A DNA stretch of 64,000 nucleotides. Origin: an uncultured Gammaproteobacteria bacterium. GTDB lineage: Bacteria > Patescibacteriota > Microgenomatia > Levybacterales > UBA12049. A model generated the notes under the pieces. The model ran no database searches. It was not told where the DNA came from and saw nothing but the letters and a program-made list of their open reading frames with translations. The position numbers and the translations under genes are program-made. Below, piece by piece: positions 34,680 through 44,888 of this stretch. The number at the start of each line of letters is the position of its first letter. The stretch's first letter is position 1. The stretch lies in assembly GCA_964553245.1 (NCBI GenBank), contig CAZKJM010000001.1:296977-360976 (forward strand), written 5' to 3'.

Positions 34680-35479
34680 TTATTTTTAAGACAGAAGTAA
34701 CTACCAACGGTTTTAGTTTCTAAAAGAGAAATTTTGTCCATATTCATTGCTGACGCATTTCCCCCATCAAGATTAATCGCGCTCTGAATAAAAAAGTCTT
34801 GTTTTTTATCAATGGCATTAAGGATAAGAGGTATGTCTTTAAGATTAGGACCACTTGTTATATTTTTCGGATCAAAAATAATCATAAATACTAATTCCTT
34901 TTTATCCGTAATAAAAGCGATGCTTCGCCTTGCATATTTGTCATTTTTTATAGAAAGCTTTGTTAATTGCCCATCTAAAACCAACAATGGTCCAGACTGA
35001 AGACTTATGCGTGATTCTTGCGGAAATTGTATGGTTATGTTCGCCTGATTTTTATCAATCCATAAAAATCCATCGAGGAGTAAGCTCTTTATAGGGGACT
35101 TATATATTTTTCTTTCGGAAATGAATCCCCCCAAAGGATTTTTTTCCTCGTCATAAAATCCTCCATTAATACCTGCTATGCATAATTTTTCTTTCTTTAT
35201 TTCTTGCGTTGATTTTTGTTCTGCAAAGTTAGGAACAAGAATCAAATCATTAGGATTTTTAACAATAAAATATGCATATGCGTATTCCAGCCCATCAAAT
35301 ATAACACGATTTGCTTCTGGAAAATTTGATACCTCCGGCAAGGATGTATCCTCTACTAAATTTGTATCTATAACCGGATTTAAAATTATTGAACTGGTTT
35401 TTATCAAATAGATAAAAAATCCTATTAAAAAAACCATCAAGAGAAAAACAATTAAGAATATTCTTCTCATATTTTGCAA
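34676..35479 (-). CDS. Phosphodiester glycosidase family protein (DUF2233/NAGPA-like), membrane-anchored
   Basis: 267 aa with an N-terminal TM helix. The motifs are AGINGGFYDEEKNPLGG, GPLLVLDGQ and NLDGGNASAM. Confidence 0.5.
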   Translation of the reverse strand: MQNMRRIFLIVFLLMVFLIGFFIYLIKTSSIILNPVIDTNLVEDTSLPEVSNFPEANRVIFDGLEYAYAYFIVKNPNDLILVPNFAEQKSTQEIKKEKLCIAGINGGFYDEEKNPLGGFISERKIYKSPIKSLLLDGFLWIDKNQANITIQFPQESRISLQSGPLLVLDGQLTKLSIKNDKYARRSIAFITDKKELVFMIIFDPKNITSGPNLKDIPLILNAIDKKQDFFIQSAINLDGGNASAMNMDKISLLETKTVGSYFCLKNN

Positions 35480-35570
35480 TTATATCAAAGGCATCCAATT
35501 AAACCACCAAGGCCTTTATGAATTCGAACCAATTATTGTCCTATCTTGCTTACTCTGTTAAAATCCAAGT

Positions 35571-36986
35571 ATGAATAAATTCTATATTACAACTGCAATT
35601 GATTATGTTAATGACACAATTCATTTAGGGCACGCTTTTCAAAAAATAGCTGCCGATGTTTTGGCAAGACATAAAAGACATGAGCTTGGAAAAGAAAATG
35701 TTTTTTTTCTAACCGGAACCGATGAATATGGTCAAAAGGCAGAAAAAGCAGCCAGAGCATTAGGGGTTCAACCCCTAAAATATGTTAAAAAAATTTCTGA
35801 TTCAGATCAAAAACAGCAAGATGCTTTAAACATTTCTTACGATAGGTTTATAAGAACAACGGACACTGATCACGCAAAAGTAGTTAGCGAGATCTGGAAA
35901 AAAGTTGAGCAATCAGGCGATATATATAAAGGCGAATATTCAGGTCTTTATTGTGAGGGATGCGAGGGTTACTATACAGAAACCGATTTGGAAAATGGCA
36001 AGTGTCCTGTTCATCCTAGTTTAGAAGTAAAAAAAATAACTGAAGAAAATTATTTTTTCAAGTGGTCTAAGTACAAAAATTTTTTGATTGACCATATTAA
36101 AAACAATCCTGATTTTATTTTTCCAAAACACCGCGCTAACGAAATGCTGGAATTTGCAAAAGAAATTAAGGACATCCCCATATCAAGAACAAATTTTTCC
36201 TGGGGAATTCCTGTACCAAATAAACCAAGACAGGTTATTTATGTTTGGTTTGATGCTTTAATTAATTATTTAACCGGTATTGGATTTCTAGAAAATAAAA
36301 AAAACTTTGAAAAATTTTGGCCCGCTGACGTTCACATATTGGGAAAAGACAATCTTCGCTGGCATTCCCTACTTTGGCCAGCGATGCTTAAATCAGCCAA
36401 CCTTCCATTGCCAAAAACAATTTTAGTTAATGGATTTCTAAAATTGAATGGAGAAAAAATAAGTAAGTCTTTAGGAAATGTTATTAAACCAACAGAATGG
36501 GTCGAAAAATACGGAGCAGACGCAGTAAGATATTACTTGCTTAGACACACCGTCTTTACAGAAGATAGCGATATATCCGAAGAAAAACTAAAGCAAGCAT
36601 ATAACTCAGACCTTGCTAATGGACTTGGTAATTTAGTTGCTAGAGTTTTAAAACTGTCTAAAACTTCAGGCTTTTTGTATAAAACAACTGATAAAATAGT
36701 TTCCAATGATAAGGTTAAAAAACATATTCAAGAATTTTCCTTTAACTCAGCTCTTTTTCTTATTTGGCAACACATAGAACTAGTAAATAAAGAGATAAAT
36801 AACGATGAACCATGGAAAATTAAAGACAAAAATAAATTGCATGAAAAACTGCACTCCTATACAAAAGATATTCTTTTAATTGCCAATGACTTAAAACCAT
36901 TCCTGCCTCAAACCGCTGAAAAAATAGAAAATAAATTTATTGGGAATGTCAGTGAAGAAACTTCTCTTTTTCCAAGAATCCATTAA
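35571..36986 (+). CDS. metG: Methionyl-tRNA synthetase (short form without the C-terminal tRNA-binding domain)
   Basis: 471 aa. It has the HIGH-type motif (TIHLGHAFQ), KISKSLGNVI (KMSKS), zinc knuckles (CEGCEGYY...GKCPVH) and a MetRS anticodon-binding domain. Confidence 0.85.
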   Translation: MNKFYITTAIDYVNDTIHLGHAFQKIAADVLARHKRHELGKENVFFLTGTDEYGQKAEKAARALGVQPLKYVKKISDSDQKQQDALNISYDRFIRTTDTDHAKVVSEIWKKVEQSGDIYKGEYSGLYCEGCEGYYTETDLENGKCPVHPSLEVKKITEENYFFKWSKYKNFLIDHIKNNPDFIFPKHRANEMLEFAKEIKDIPISRTNFSWGIPVPNKPRQVIYVWFDALINYLTGIGFLENKKNFEKFWPADVHILGKDNLRWHSLLWPAMLKSANLPLPKTILVNGFLKLNGEKISKSLGNVIKPTEWVEKYGADAVRYYLLRHTVFTEDSDISEEKLKQAYNSDLANGLGNLVARVLKLSKTSGFLYKTTDKIVSNDKVKKHIQEFSFNSALFLIWQHIELVNKEINNDEPWKIKDKNKLHEKLHSYTKDILLIANDLKPFLPQTAEKIENKFIGNVSEETSLFPRIH

Positions 36987-37860
36987 TTAATTCCTTTAAC
37001 ATTTCTTTAAAACTTAAGCCAATTTTCATCCCCTCTTTTGGTAACAATGATTCCTTTGTAAGCCCTGGAATAGTATTTATTTCCAAAGCGTATATTTTAT
37101 TCTTGTTAACAATAAAATCTGTTCTCGAAAAATCCCTACAACCAAGCTTACTGTGAATCTCCCAAGTTATTTGTTGTAATTTATTCCTTATATCCTCTAA
37201 TAAAGATGGGGCATCTAAAATCTCTTCCGTTTTGCCATTATATTTATTCTCATAATCAAACATCTCTCCTTTTGGGGGCCTAATTTCAATCACTGGTAAA
37301 ACTCTTGTTTTTAAAACTCCTACTGTCACCTCTATTCCATTAATGTACTCTTCTACCATTAAACTTTTATATCTTTGAAAAAGTTCATTAAAATTTATCT
37401 TTTTTAAATCCTCATTTGTTTTAATTAAAAAGAGATTAATACTTGAACCTTCTTCTGGTGGCTTGATAACAAATGGCATTTTAAAATTTATTTTTTTATA
37501 GTTATATTTATCAATTTCTTTATATTTTGGTGTTAAAATCTTTTGATCAATACAGAATTTTTTAAAAGCAAACTTATCCCAACCTTTTCTGCAGGCCTTT
37601 GAACCGCTTCCAACAAACTTTATTTTATTCTTTTCCAAAAACTCTTGTAAATCTCCACCCTCTCCTTCTTTCCCATGAATTACAGGAAAAACCAGATCGT
37701 ATTTTCCGAGTCTTTTTTTTAATTTTTCAAAACCATCTATTAAATCAAATGATTCAATTTTGTGTCCCAAATCGATTAAGGCTTTAGCCACATTTCCTGC
37801 AGATTCAAGAGAAATCTTTCTTTCGCTGGAATTTCCACCAGTAACAATAAGCACTTTCAT
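36949..37860 (-). CDS. ddl: D-alanine--D-alanine ligase
   Basis: 303 aa with an ATP-grasp fold (MKVLIVTGGNSSERKISLESAG...HGKEGEGGDLQ...). It overlaps metG convergently by 38 bp. Confidence 0.85.
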   Translation of the reverse strand: MKVLIVTGGNSSERKISLESAGNVAKALIDLGHKIESFDLIDGFEKLKKRLGKYDLVFPVIHGKEGEGGDLQEFLEKNKIKFVGSGSKACRKGWDKFAFKKFCIDQKILTPKYKEIDKYNYKKINFKMPFVIKPPEEGSSINLFLIKTNEDLKKINFNELFQRYKSLMVEEYINGIEVTVGVLKTRVLPVIEIRPPKGEMFDYENKYNGKTEEILDAPSLLEDIRNKLQQITWEIHSKLGCRDFSRTDFIVNKNKIYALEINTIPGLTKESLLPKEGMKIGLSFKEMLKELINGFLEKEKFLH

Positions 37861-37900
37861 GAAAAGTTATTCTATCACATAAAACTACTGATATAATAAC

Positions 37901-38698
37901 TTGATGATAGATGCGCATTGCCATTTAAATTTTAAGGCGTTTGAAAACGATCTTGATGAAGTTATAACCCGTGCCGCTAAAAAAGGTGTTAATAAAATTA
38001 TCAATGTTGGAGCAAGTCTTGAATCAAGTAAAGTTGCTGTTGATCTTGCCAAAAAATATCCTAATTTATATGCAAGCGTTGGCATACACCCTCATCACGC
38101 GGATAAGCTATCAAAAAACTGGGAAGAAGAATTAGAAAAACTGGCAAAAGAGAAAAAAGTTGTGGCAATCGGAGAAACCGGAATGGATTATTATCCATAT
38201 GAATCAAATGGCATTGCTGATCCAGGGCTACAAAAAAATCTTTTTATAAAAGAAATTGAACTTTCTTACAAATTAAAACTTCCCTTACAGATCCACAACA
38301 GACGAGCAGGAAAGGATATTGGCGATTTGCTAATGGAGCACAGATCACGCCTTATAAATCCGCCTGGATTATTTCACTGTTTTTCCGGAGATATTGATTT
38401 TCTAAAACAAGTTTTAAATCTTGGATTTTTCATAGGATTTGATGGAAATATCTCTTACAAAGGACTTGCCAAAGGAGAAACTACTTCTCTTATAGAATTA
38501 GTTAAATACGCTCCACTGGATAGAATAATTACGGAAACTGATGCACCCTATCTTACTCCAATGCCCCATAGAGGTAGCAGGAACGAACCGTCTTATGTTA
38601 TAATCGTGGCTGAATTTATTGCAAAAATTAAAAAAGAAAAAGTAGAAAAAGTTATTGAAAAAACTACGAGAAATTCTCATACTTTATTTAAACTTTAA
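37901..38698 (+). CDS. tatD: TatD-family metal-dependent deoxyribonuclease/hydrolase
   Basis: 265 aa (MMIDAHCHLNF...GIHPHHA...GETGMDY...). It contains the typical TatD His/Glu ligands. Confidence 0.8.
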   Translation: MMIDAHCHLNFKAFENDLDEVITRAAKKGVNKIINVGASLESSKVAVDLAKKYPNLYASVGIHPHHADKLSKNWEEELEKLAKEKKVVAIGETGMDYYPYESNGIADPGLQKNLFIKEIELSYKLKLPLQIHNRRAGKDIGDLLMEHRSRLINPPGLFHCFSGDIDFLKQVLNLGFFIGFDGNISYKGLAKGETTSLIELVKYAPLDRIITETDAPYLTPMPHRGSRNEPSYVIIVAEFIAKIKKEKVEKVIEKTTRNSHTLFKL

Positions 38699-38716
38699 TT
38701 TAAAACATCAAATTAT

Positions 38717-40213
38717 ATGCATAAATTTTTTGATAAAGTTTTCACGCGCTATCCAATAAAAACCAGAAGAGCTTTAGAAATATTGCCCGGTTTTTTTTCG
38801 TGGTCGCTAATTACTTTTCCGGTTTGGGGATCATTATTAATCCCCTATTATCTAGCTTATTTTATTTTATTTTTTGATATCTATTGGTTCTACAAATCTT
38901 TTGCCTTAGCAATAACTTCATACATTTCCTCAAGAAAAATTGCAGAATCAGAAAAAACAGACTGGAATAAAAAAGCAAGAAAATTGGAAAATTATAACAA
39001 GATGACTCATATTGCAATAATTCCAAACTATACGGAAAAGGCTGAAAAATTAAGGATAACCATTGAATCTTTAGCAAAGCAGACATTCCCTGCAAGAAGA
39101 ATTTACGTTATTTTAGCAATGGAAAAAAGAGAAAAAGACGCAAAGAAAAAATCAGATGAATTAATTAATATCTTTAAAAAAACTTTCGGTGATATTTTTG
39201 CAACGTTTCATCCAGACATAGAAGGAGAAGTAAAAGGAAAATCTTCAAACGAGGCTTATGCAGGAAAAACCGCTTACAAAAATTTAGTTCTTTCAAAAAA
39301 AATAGATTTGGATTACGCAACTATTTCTTCCGTTGACGCAGATTCTATTTTTGACAAGCAATATTTTGCTTATTTAACTTATAAGTTCTTAAACGATCCC
39401 AAGAAACACAACAAATTCTGGCAATCAGCAACTATTTACTACAGTAATATTTGGAAAGTTCCTGCTCCTACAAGAATCATTTCTTTTTTTGGAAGTCTTT
39501 GGAATACTGCGGTTCTAGTGCACAAAAACAGACTTATTACAAATGCTACATACTCGACGTCTCTTAAATTAATGAAAGAAATAGACTTTTGGGATACCGA
39601 CGTAATTCCCGAAGATTATCGAATTTTCTTTAAAGCTTTTTATAAAAAATTTGGGAATGTTTGGATAGATCCGATTTTTTTAAGAACATCTATGGATGCC
39701 GCTATGTCCTCCGGATATGTTAAGAGCCTAAAAAATAAGTATGATCAAGAAAGACGTTGGGCATGGGGAGCATCTGATGATTACTTGTTTATCAAATGGT
39801 GGCTTACTGTTCCAAATGTTCCTTTTGTCAGAAAGACCCTTATGCTCTTTCCTGTAATAAGAGACCATTTTCTATGGCCGACTAATTGGTTTATAATTAC
39901 AATAGCAGCCAATATTATGCCGTTAATTAATCCTGTTTTTTCAAGAACAACAATAGGATATAATTTACCAAAATTAGCAGGATTTATATTGACTTCTTCC
40001 ATGTTTTCACTTTTGGCGATGCTTATTGTTGATATAAAAAACAGACCATCGCATCTACCAAAACCTTCAAAGAAAAAGCAATTTTTATTCCCGATTGAAT
40101 TTGTTTTACTTCCGATTGTTGGGTTTTTCCTTTCAAGCCTGCCTGCACTTGTTTCCCATACTCAACTTTTACTTGGAAAAAGGTTAGAATATAAAGTAAC
40201 GGAAAAAATATGA
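38717..40213 (+). CDS. Membrane-embedded processive family-2 glycosyltransferase (cellulose/chitin/hyaluronan-synthase-like, QxxRW motif)
   Basis: 498 aa. It has 2 N-terminal TM helices, a GT-A domain with Asp motifs (SSVDADS) and QERRWAWG, and 4 or more C-terminal TM helices. Confidence 0.65.
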   Translation: MHKFFDKVFTRYPIKTRRALEILPGFFSWSLITFPVWGSLLIPYYLAYFILFFDIYWFYKSFALAITSYISSRKIAESEKTDWNKKARKLENYNKMTHIAIIPNYTEKAEKLRITIESLAKQTFPARRIYVILAMEKREKDAKKKSDELINIFKKTFGDIFATFHPDIEGEVKGKSSNEAYAGKTAYKNLVLSKKIDLDYATISSVDADSIFDKQYFAYLTYKFLNDPKKHNKFWQSATIYYSNIWKVPAPTRIISFFGSLWNTAVLVHKNRLITNATYSTSLKLMKEIDFWDTDVIPEDYRIFFKAFYKKFGNVWIDPIFLRTSMDAAMSSGYVKSLKNKYDQERRWAWGASDDYLFIKWWLTVPNVPFVRKTLMLFPVIRDHFLWPTNWFIITIAANIMPLINPVFSRTTIGYNLPKLAGFILTSSMFSLLAMLIVDIKNRPSHLPKPSKKKQFLFPIEFVLLPIVGFFLSSLPALVSHTQLLLGKRLEYKVTEKI

Positions 40214-41682
40214 AAACCTTAAGACTTCTTGAAAGAAGCAAAAGTTTTTGGTTTATTTTTACAAATCTACTCTTATTCTTTTTTTTAAGATTCCCCTCAC
40301 TTTTTGAACCATATTGGTATGGAGACGAGGGAATATATCAAGTTTTAGGAATGGGAATTAATAACGGTCGTATTTTATATCAACAAATTTTTGACAATAA
40401 ACCTCCTCTTTTATACATATTTTATAGTCTTTTTAACGGAGATCAATTTTATTTAAGATTAGCTTCTTTGGTCTTTGGTTTTTTTGCAATAGTCACTTTT
40501 TTTTACCTGGCAAAAAAGCTTTTTAAGAAAAATAACGCCGCATACATTTCTACATTTTTATTTACGTTTTTATTCGGCTTACCACTCATAGAAGGAAATA
40601 TTGCCAATGCCGAAAATTTTATGCTTTTTCCCATTCTTTCTGCTTTATATCTAGCAATTGACCATATCAACACAAAGCTCGAACGGAAAATGTTTTTTTG
40701 GTCAGGAATAATCTTGGGAATAGCATTTCTATTTAAAATCGTTGCTGTTTTTGACTTTTTAACACTGCTTATATTTTTATTAATAATAAGAACTCCAAAA
40801 ATTCTTGGAATAAAACTTAAGTCACAATTATTTTTAGAATTAAAAGACCTGTATTCTTTAATTATTGGGTTTTTAATTCCAATAATCGTAACTGCAATTT
40901 ATTTTATATCTATAAATGCTTACTCCGATTTTATAACTGCAACTTTCTTTTCCAATGTTGGTTATGTTGGTTATCATAATAAATTAATTATTCCACAAGG
41001 CTTTTTAATATTAAAATTAATACTTTTAAGTTTGTTTATTTTATTTGTTTTTGCAAGAAGAAATAAACTGTCTACAGAGGCAATATTTATATGGACTTGG
41101 CTTTCTTTTTCTCTTTTTAATGCGCTTTTTTCCCAAAGACCTTATACGCATTACTTATTAACACTCTTGCCAAGTTTTGCATTATTAATAGGTTTATTAT
41201 TTGTCGATAAAAAATTTCTTAAATTTAATCTCTTGCTAAGCGTTACCGTTATAATAATTGCTCAATCAAATTTCTGGATTTATTCTAAGAATTTAAAATA
41301 TTATAAAAACTTTATCGACTTTACCATTGGAAATAAATCTGTTTCCTCTTATCAGAATTTCTTTGATAGAAATACTCCCGTAGATTATCAGATTTCCCGA
41401 TATATTAAGGGAAAAATAAACCTGAATGATTCTATTTTTATCTGGGGAAATAATGCACAGCTTTATAAATTAACAGGAAAACTTCCTCCGGGAAAATATG
41501 CAGTAGCTTATCATATTGTAAATTATAAAGACGGTCTTAAAAATACAGGTGAGCAGCTTGAGAAAATAAAACCTAAGATAATAATCAATATGCCTAATGT
41601 GGCAAATTACCCATTCTCTCTTTCTCACTACAAGCCTTCAATTATGATAAATAATGTTCAAATTTATGAAAGAGTTTTTTAA
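40210..41682 (+). CDS. GT-C family glycosyltransferase (PMT_2/ArnT-like, GT39/83)
   Basis: 490 aa polytopic protein. The first extracytoplasmic loop carries YGDEGIY, a DE-type motif. Its start overlaps the GT2 stop (ATGA). Confidence 0.5.
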   Translation: MKTLRLLERSKSFWFIFTNLLLFFFLRFPSLFEPYWYGDEGIYQVLGMGINNGRILYQQIFDNKPPLLYIFYSLFNGDQFYLRLASLVFGFFAIVTFFYLAKKLFKKNNAAYISTFLFTFLFGLPLIEGNIANAENFMLFPILSALYLAIDHINTKLERKMFFWSGIILGIAFLFKIVAVFDFLTLLIFLLIIRTPKILGIKLKSQLFLELKDLYSLIIGFLIPIIVTAIYFISINAYSDFITATFFSNVGYVGYHNKLIIPQGFLILKLILLSLFILFVFARRNKLSTEAIFIWTWLSFSLFNALFSQRPYTHYLLTLLPSFALLIGLLFVDKKFLKFNLLLSVTVIIIAQSNFWIYSKNLKYYKNFIDFTIGNKSVSSYQNFFDRNTPVDYQISRYIKGKINLNDSIFIWGNNAQLYKLTGKLPPGKYAVAYHIVNYKDGLKNTGEQLEKIKPKIIINMPNVANYPFSLSHYKPSIMINNVQIYERVF

Positions 41683-42019
41683 AAACATCAAGAATGACAG
41701 ATTAACTTCAAGAGGATATTATCTAACTTTCTTTTTGAACATATTAACAATTATCTATGCTTTGTTCTATTTAAATAGCCTTCCTCCTTTTATTCCTCTT
41801 TTTAACCAGCTTCCATGGGGAGAGAAAAGGCTTATTACATCAATTGGAATATTTCTACCTATTTTTGTCGCTATTGCAATCTCTTTATTTAATCTATTTT
41901 TCTCAACTTTTATTTATAAAAAAAATCCTCTTATACCAAGGATTTTTACGCTAACGAGTCTTTTAATTTCGATTTTGACACTTCTTTTTGTAATTAGAAC
42001 TATTCAAATTGTTCTTTAG
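41654..42019 (+). CDS. Small hydrophobic membrane protein
   Basis: 121 aa with 3 TM helices. It overlaps the previous gene. Confidence 0.3.
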   Translation: MFKFMKEFFKNIKNDRLTSRGYYLTFFLNILTIIYALFYLNSLPPFIPLFNQLPWGEKRLITSIGIFLPIFVAIAISLFNLFFSTFIYKKNPLIPRIFTLTSLLISILTLLFVIRTIQIVL

Positions 42020-42021
42020 AA

Positions 42022-43062
42022 ATGTTAAATACTACTAATTTAATCTTAATTCCATTTATTATTTCTTTTTTGTTAACTGTGGCGGCAACTCCACTTTCCT
42101 TAATTTTTATTAAAAAATACAAATTGATTGATGATCCCAAAAAAAGAAAACACCCTGCAATTATACATAAAAAACCTACTCCAAGAGGAGGAGGAATTCC
42201 CCTGTTTATTGGAACTATTGTTACAGGATTGTTTTTTTTGCCAATAACAAAAGTTACAATCGGAATTTTTATCGCATCGTTTTTATCGCTTGTTATTGGA
42301 ATACTGGACGATAAATATGACATTTCTCCTTATTTAAGATTTATTGTAAATATAATTTCCGCAATGATTGTTGTTTTTACAGGAGCAAATATTTTATTTA
42401 TTACAAATCCGTTTGGTGGAATTCTAAATTTGAATTTTCTTTCATACTTTGCGTCTATGCTCTGGATTATATGGGTAATGAATATGTTAAATTGGAGCAA
42501 GGGCGTAGATGGGCAAATGCCCGGAATTGTCACGATATCAGCAATTATTATTGGTTTCTTAAGTCTTCGTTTTAACGCAACTGATCAAAATACAATAATC
42601 AGCACTACTCTTTCATTTATTATTGCAGGTGCATCTTTAGGTTTTTTATTATTTAATTTTTATCCTGCAAAAATATTCCCAGGATATGGCGCAACCGCTA
42701 TTTACTTACTACTTGCGGTTGCATCAATACTGTCATCTGCAAAGCTTGCAACGGCAATTTTAGTTATGGGAATTCCGATGGTTGATGGCGTATTTACAAT
42801 TATAAGAAGAGTTCTTAGTGGAAAATCTCCTTTTTGGCATGACAACAAACATCTTCATCATCTTTTATTAAAAAAGGGTTGGAGCGTTAAAAAAATTGCA
42901 TTGTTTTATTGGTTTATTTCTGCTATATTGGGGGCAATTTCGCTACTTTTATCAAGTAAAGAAAAATTATTCGCAATAATAATGTTGGCGATTATAGTTG
43001 GAGGAGGAATATTGTTTCTTCAGCTAACAATAAAAAGCGAAGAAAATGAAAATAGCATTTGA
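42022..43062 (+). CDS. Polyprenyl-phosphate N-acetylhexosamine-1-phosphate transferase (WecA/TagO/MraY family, GT4)
   Basis: 346 aa. It has DDxxD (ILDDKYD), NxxNxxDGxDG-like (NMLNWSKGVDGQ) and about 10 TM helices. Its size fits WecA rather than MraY. Confidence 0.7.
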   Translation: MLNTTNLILIPFIISFLLTVAATPLSLIFIKKYKLIDDPKKRKHPAIIHKKPTPRGGGIPLFIGTIVTGLFFLPITKVTIGIFIASFLSLVIGILDDKYDISPYLRFIVNIISAMIVVFTGANILFITNPFGGILNLNFLSYFASMLWIIWVMNMLNWSKGVDGQMPGIVTISAIIIGFLSLRFNATDQNTIISTTLSFIIAGASLGFLLFNFYPAKIFPGYGATAIYLLLAVASILSSAKLATAILVMGIPMVDGVFTIIRRVLSGKSPFWHDNKHLHHLLLKKGWSVKKIALFYWFISAILGAISLLLSSKEKLFAIIMLAIIVGGGILFLQLTIKSEENENSI

Positions 43063-43987
43063 AATTTTTAGACTTTTAAGACCAAGACAATGGATTAAAA
43101 ACCTTGCGATTTTTGCCGCGATTATTTTTGCTGGAGAATTATTTAATTTTCCGGTTTTTGAAAAAGTTTTAATCGGTTTTTTTGTTTTCTGTGGACTTTC
43201 TTCCGCGACCTATATTATTAATGATCTTTTTGACATAGAAAAAGACCGACTTCACCCGTTTAAAAAATACCGCCCACTTGCAAATAAAAAGGTGCCTGTT
43301 CCTTTGGCAATAGTCATTGCCTGTGTTTTAATATTGTCATCGCTAACAACCAGTCTTTTTGTAACACCTGCTTTCGCGATAACTGCTTTTGTTTATTTAA
43401 TAATTCAGTTCTCTTACTCATTCCATCTTAAAACTATTGCGGCAATCGATATTTTGGTTATTGCTACAGGATATATTATCCGGGTTTATGCCGGAGAATT
43501 TGCCAGTGGTTTTCATACGTCTGTATGGATGTTGTTAACTACAATTTCGTTTTCTCTATTCTTAGCTGTTGGAAAAAGAAGATCGGAATTAACCTTACTT
43601 TCAAACAGTAAAGTTGCAAATATTGCCGCTACGAGAAAATCGCTCTCTCATTATTCCGACAGATTATTAGATGTTTATGCATCGATTTTCGCAACTTCCA
43701 CTTTTATTACTTATTCCCTTTTTACTTTTTTGGAAAATCCTAAAGGAGTAAGAATATCTTTAGATATTTTTTTTCCGGATTTCCTACCTGCATTCTTTCA
43801 AAAAAAATGGTTGATGATCACAATAATCCCCGTCGTATATGGAATAATGCGCTATCTTCAAGATATTTATGAAAAAAATGAAGGAGAGAGTCCTGAAAAA
43901 GTATTGTTGTCAGATAAGCCTTTGTTAATAAACGTTATTCTTTGGGTGTTTTTAGTTATTCTTATAATTTATTTTATCGGGGCTTAA
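43046..43987 (+). CDS. UbiA-family prenyltransferase, decaprenyl-phosphate phosphoribosyltransferase (DPPR synthase)-like
   Basis: 313 aa. N-terminal RPRQWIKN and the Asp-rich motif YIINDLFDIEKDRLHP match DPPRS-type UbiA proteins. It overlaps the WecA-like gene. Confidence 0.6.
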   Translation: MKIAFEIFRLLRPRQWIKNLAIFAAIIFAGELFNFPVFEKVLIGFFVFCGLSSATYIINDLFDIEKDRLHPFKKYRPLANKKVPVPLAIVIACVLILSSLTTSLFVTPAFAITAFVYLIIQFSYSFHLKTIAAIDILVIATGYIIRVYAGEFASGFHTSVWMLLTTISFSLFLAVGKRRSELTLLSNSKVANIAATRKSLSHYSDRLLDVYASIFATSTFITYSLFTFLENPKGVRISLDIFFPDFLPAFFQKKWLMITIIPVVYGIMRYLQDIYEKNEGESPEKVLLSDKPLLINVILWVFLVILIIYFIGA

Positions 43988-44841
43988 TCCTCAACTTGAG
44001 CATATTGACTACTTATCCAACCCAATATTCCGCCAGAAAGCTTTATTTGATACCATCCTGTTTCTTCACTTATTAATTCGTATTTTTCTCCCGGATTTAC
44101 TTGACTTATCTGTAAAGAAGATAAAGACGCATCTTCTCTTACTCTTAAAAAACCTGTTGGGGTTTGAAGAATAATAACTTGTTTTATGGTTGTTGGACTA
44201 ATAGATGGAGTAATAGAAGGTGTAATAGTTGGTATTGCAGAAGATGATGTATTTTCGGAAACTGCCAAAAACACAACCGCTTCAAGGCGATGTCCTTTAA
44301 GTGCCCTTATTCTTAAGTTTTTTTCAGCATATCCTTCTTTTGCAATCTTTAACTCATGATCTGATTCTGTTATTCCTTTTAACAAAAGCGGTGTCATCCC
44401 CGAAGGGGTATTGCTATTATCAAGATTAACAAATGTTTTATCCGGAAAAGAAATAATAGACACTTGTGCATCGTTTTTGTCCCTTATTTTAGTAAGACTA
44501 ATTATGCTTCCCGATGAAAATGCTCCCTCGCCAAAAATCCTGTCTATAACAGTAAGCACTCCTGATGTTATCGTTATTTTTTCTTCAAAGCTTCTATAAT
44601 TTCCGGACAGCGGAATAAGTTTTACTGTATGTGTACCAACCGTAATCATTTCTTTAAAATCATCACATTTACAAAGGGGTGTCTCACCGATATTTTTACC
44701 ATCTAAATAAACTCTGCTTTTTGGTACTGATGTAACCTGAAGTGCTCCTTTTCCCGAATCCCTATTCAAAAAATAAGTGATTATTAAAAAAATTCCAACA
44801 ATAAATAAAGATAATCCAATAAAAAGCAGTACTTTTTTCAT
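43984..44841 (-). CDS. Membrane-anchored protein with PEGA domains and a C-terminal bacterial SH3 domain
   Basis: 285 aa with a TM helix. It has two PEGA-like modules (VTSVPKSRVYLDGKNIGETP). The C-terminal GWYQIKLSGGILGWISSQY is SH3b-like. Confidence 0.5.
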   Translation of the reverse strand: MKKVLLFIGLSLFIVGIFLIITYFLNRDSGKGALQVTSVPKSRVYLDGKNIGETPLCKCDDFKEMITVGTHTVKLIPLSGNYRSFEEKITITSGVLTVIDRIFGEGAFSSGSIISLTKIRDKNDAQVSIISFPDKTFVNLDNSNTPSGMTPLLLKGITESDHELKIAKEGYAEKNLRIRALKGHRLEAVVFLAVSENTSSSAIPTITPSITPSISPTTIKQVIILQTPTGFLRVREDASLSSLQISQVNPGEKYELISEETGWYQIKLSGGILGWISSQYAQVED

Positions 44842-44888
44842 TTGTGGCGTTAATTATATTACAATTTTACCGTCTTAAAAAGGTTTTT

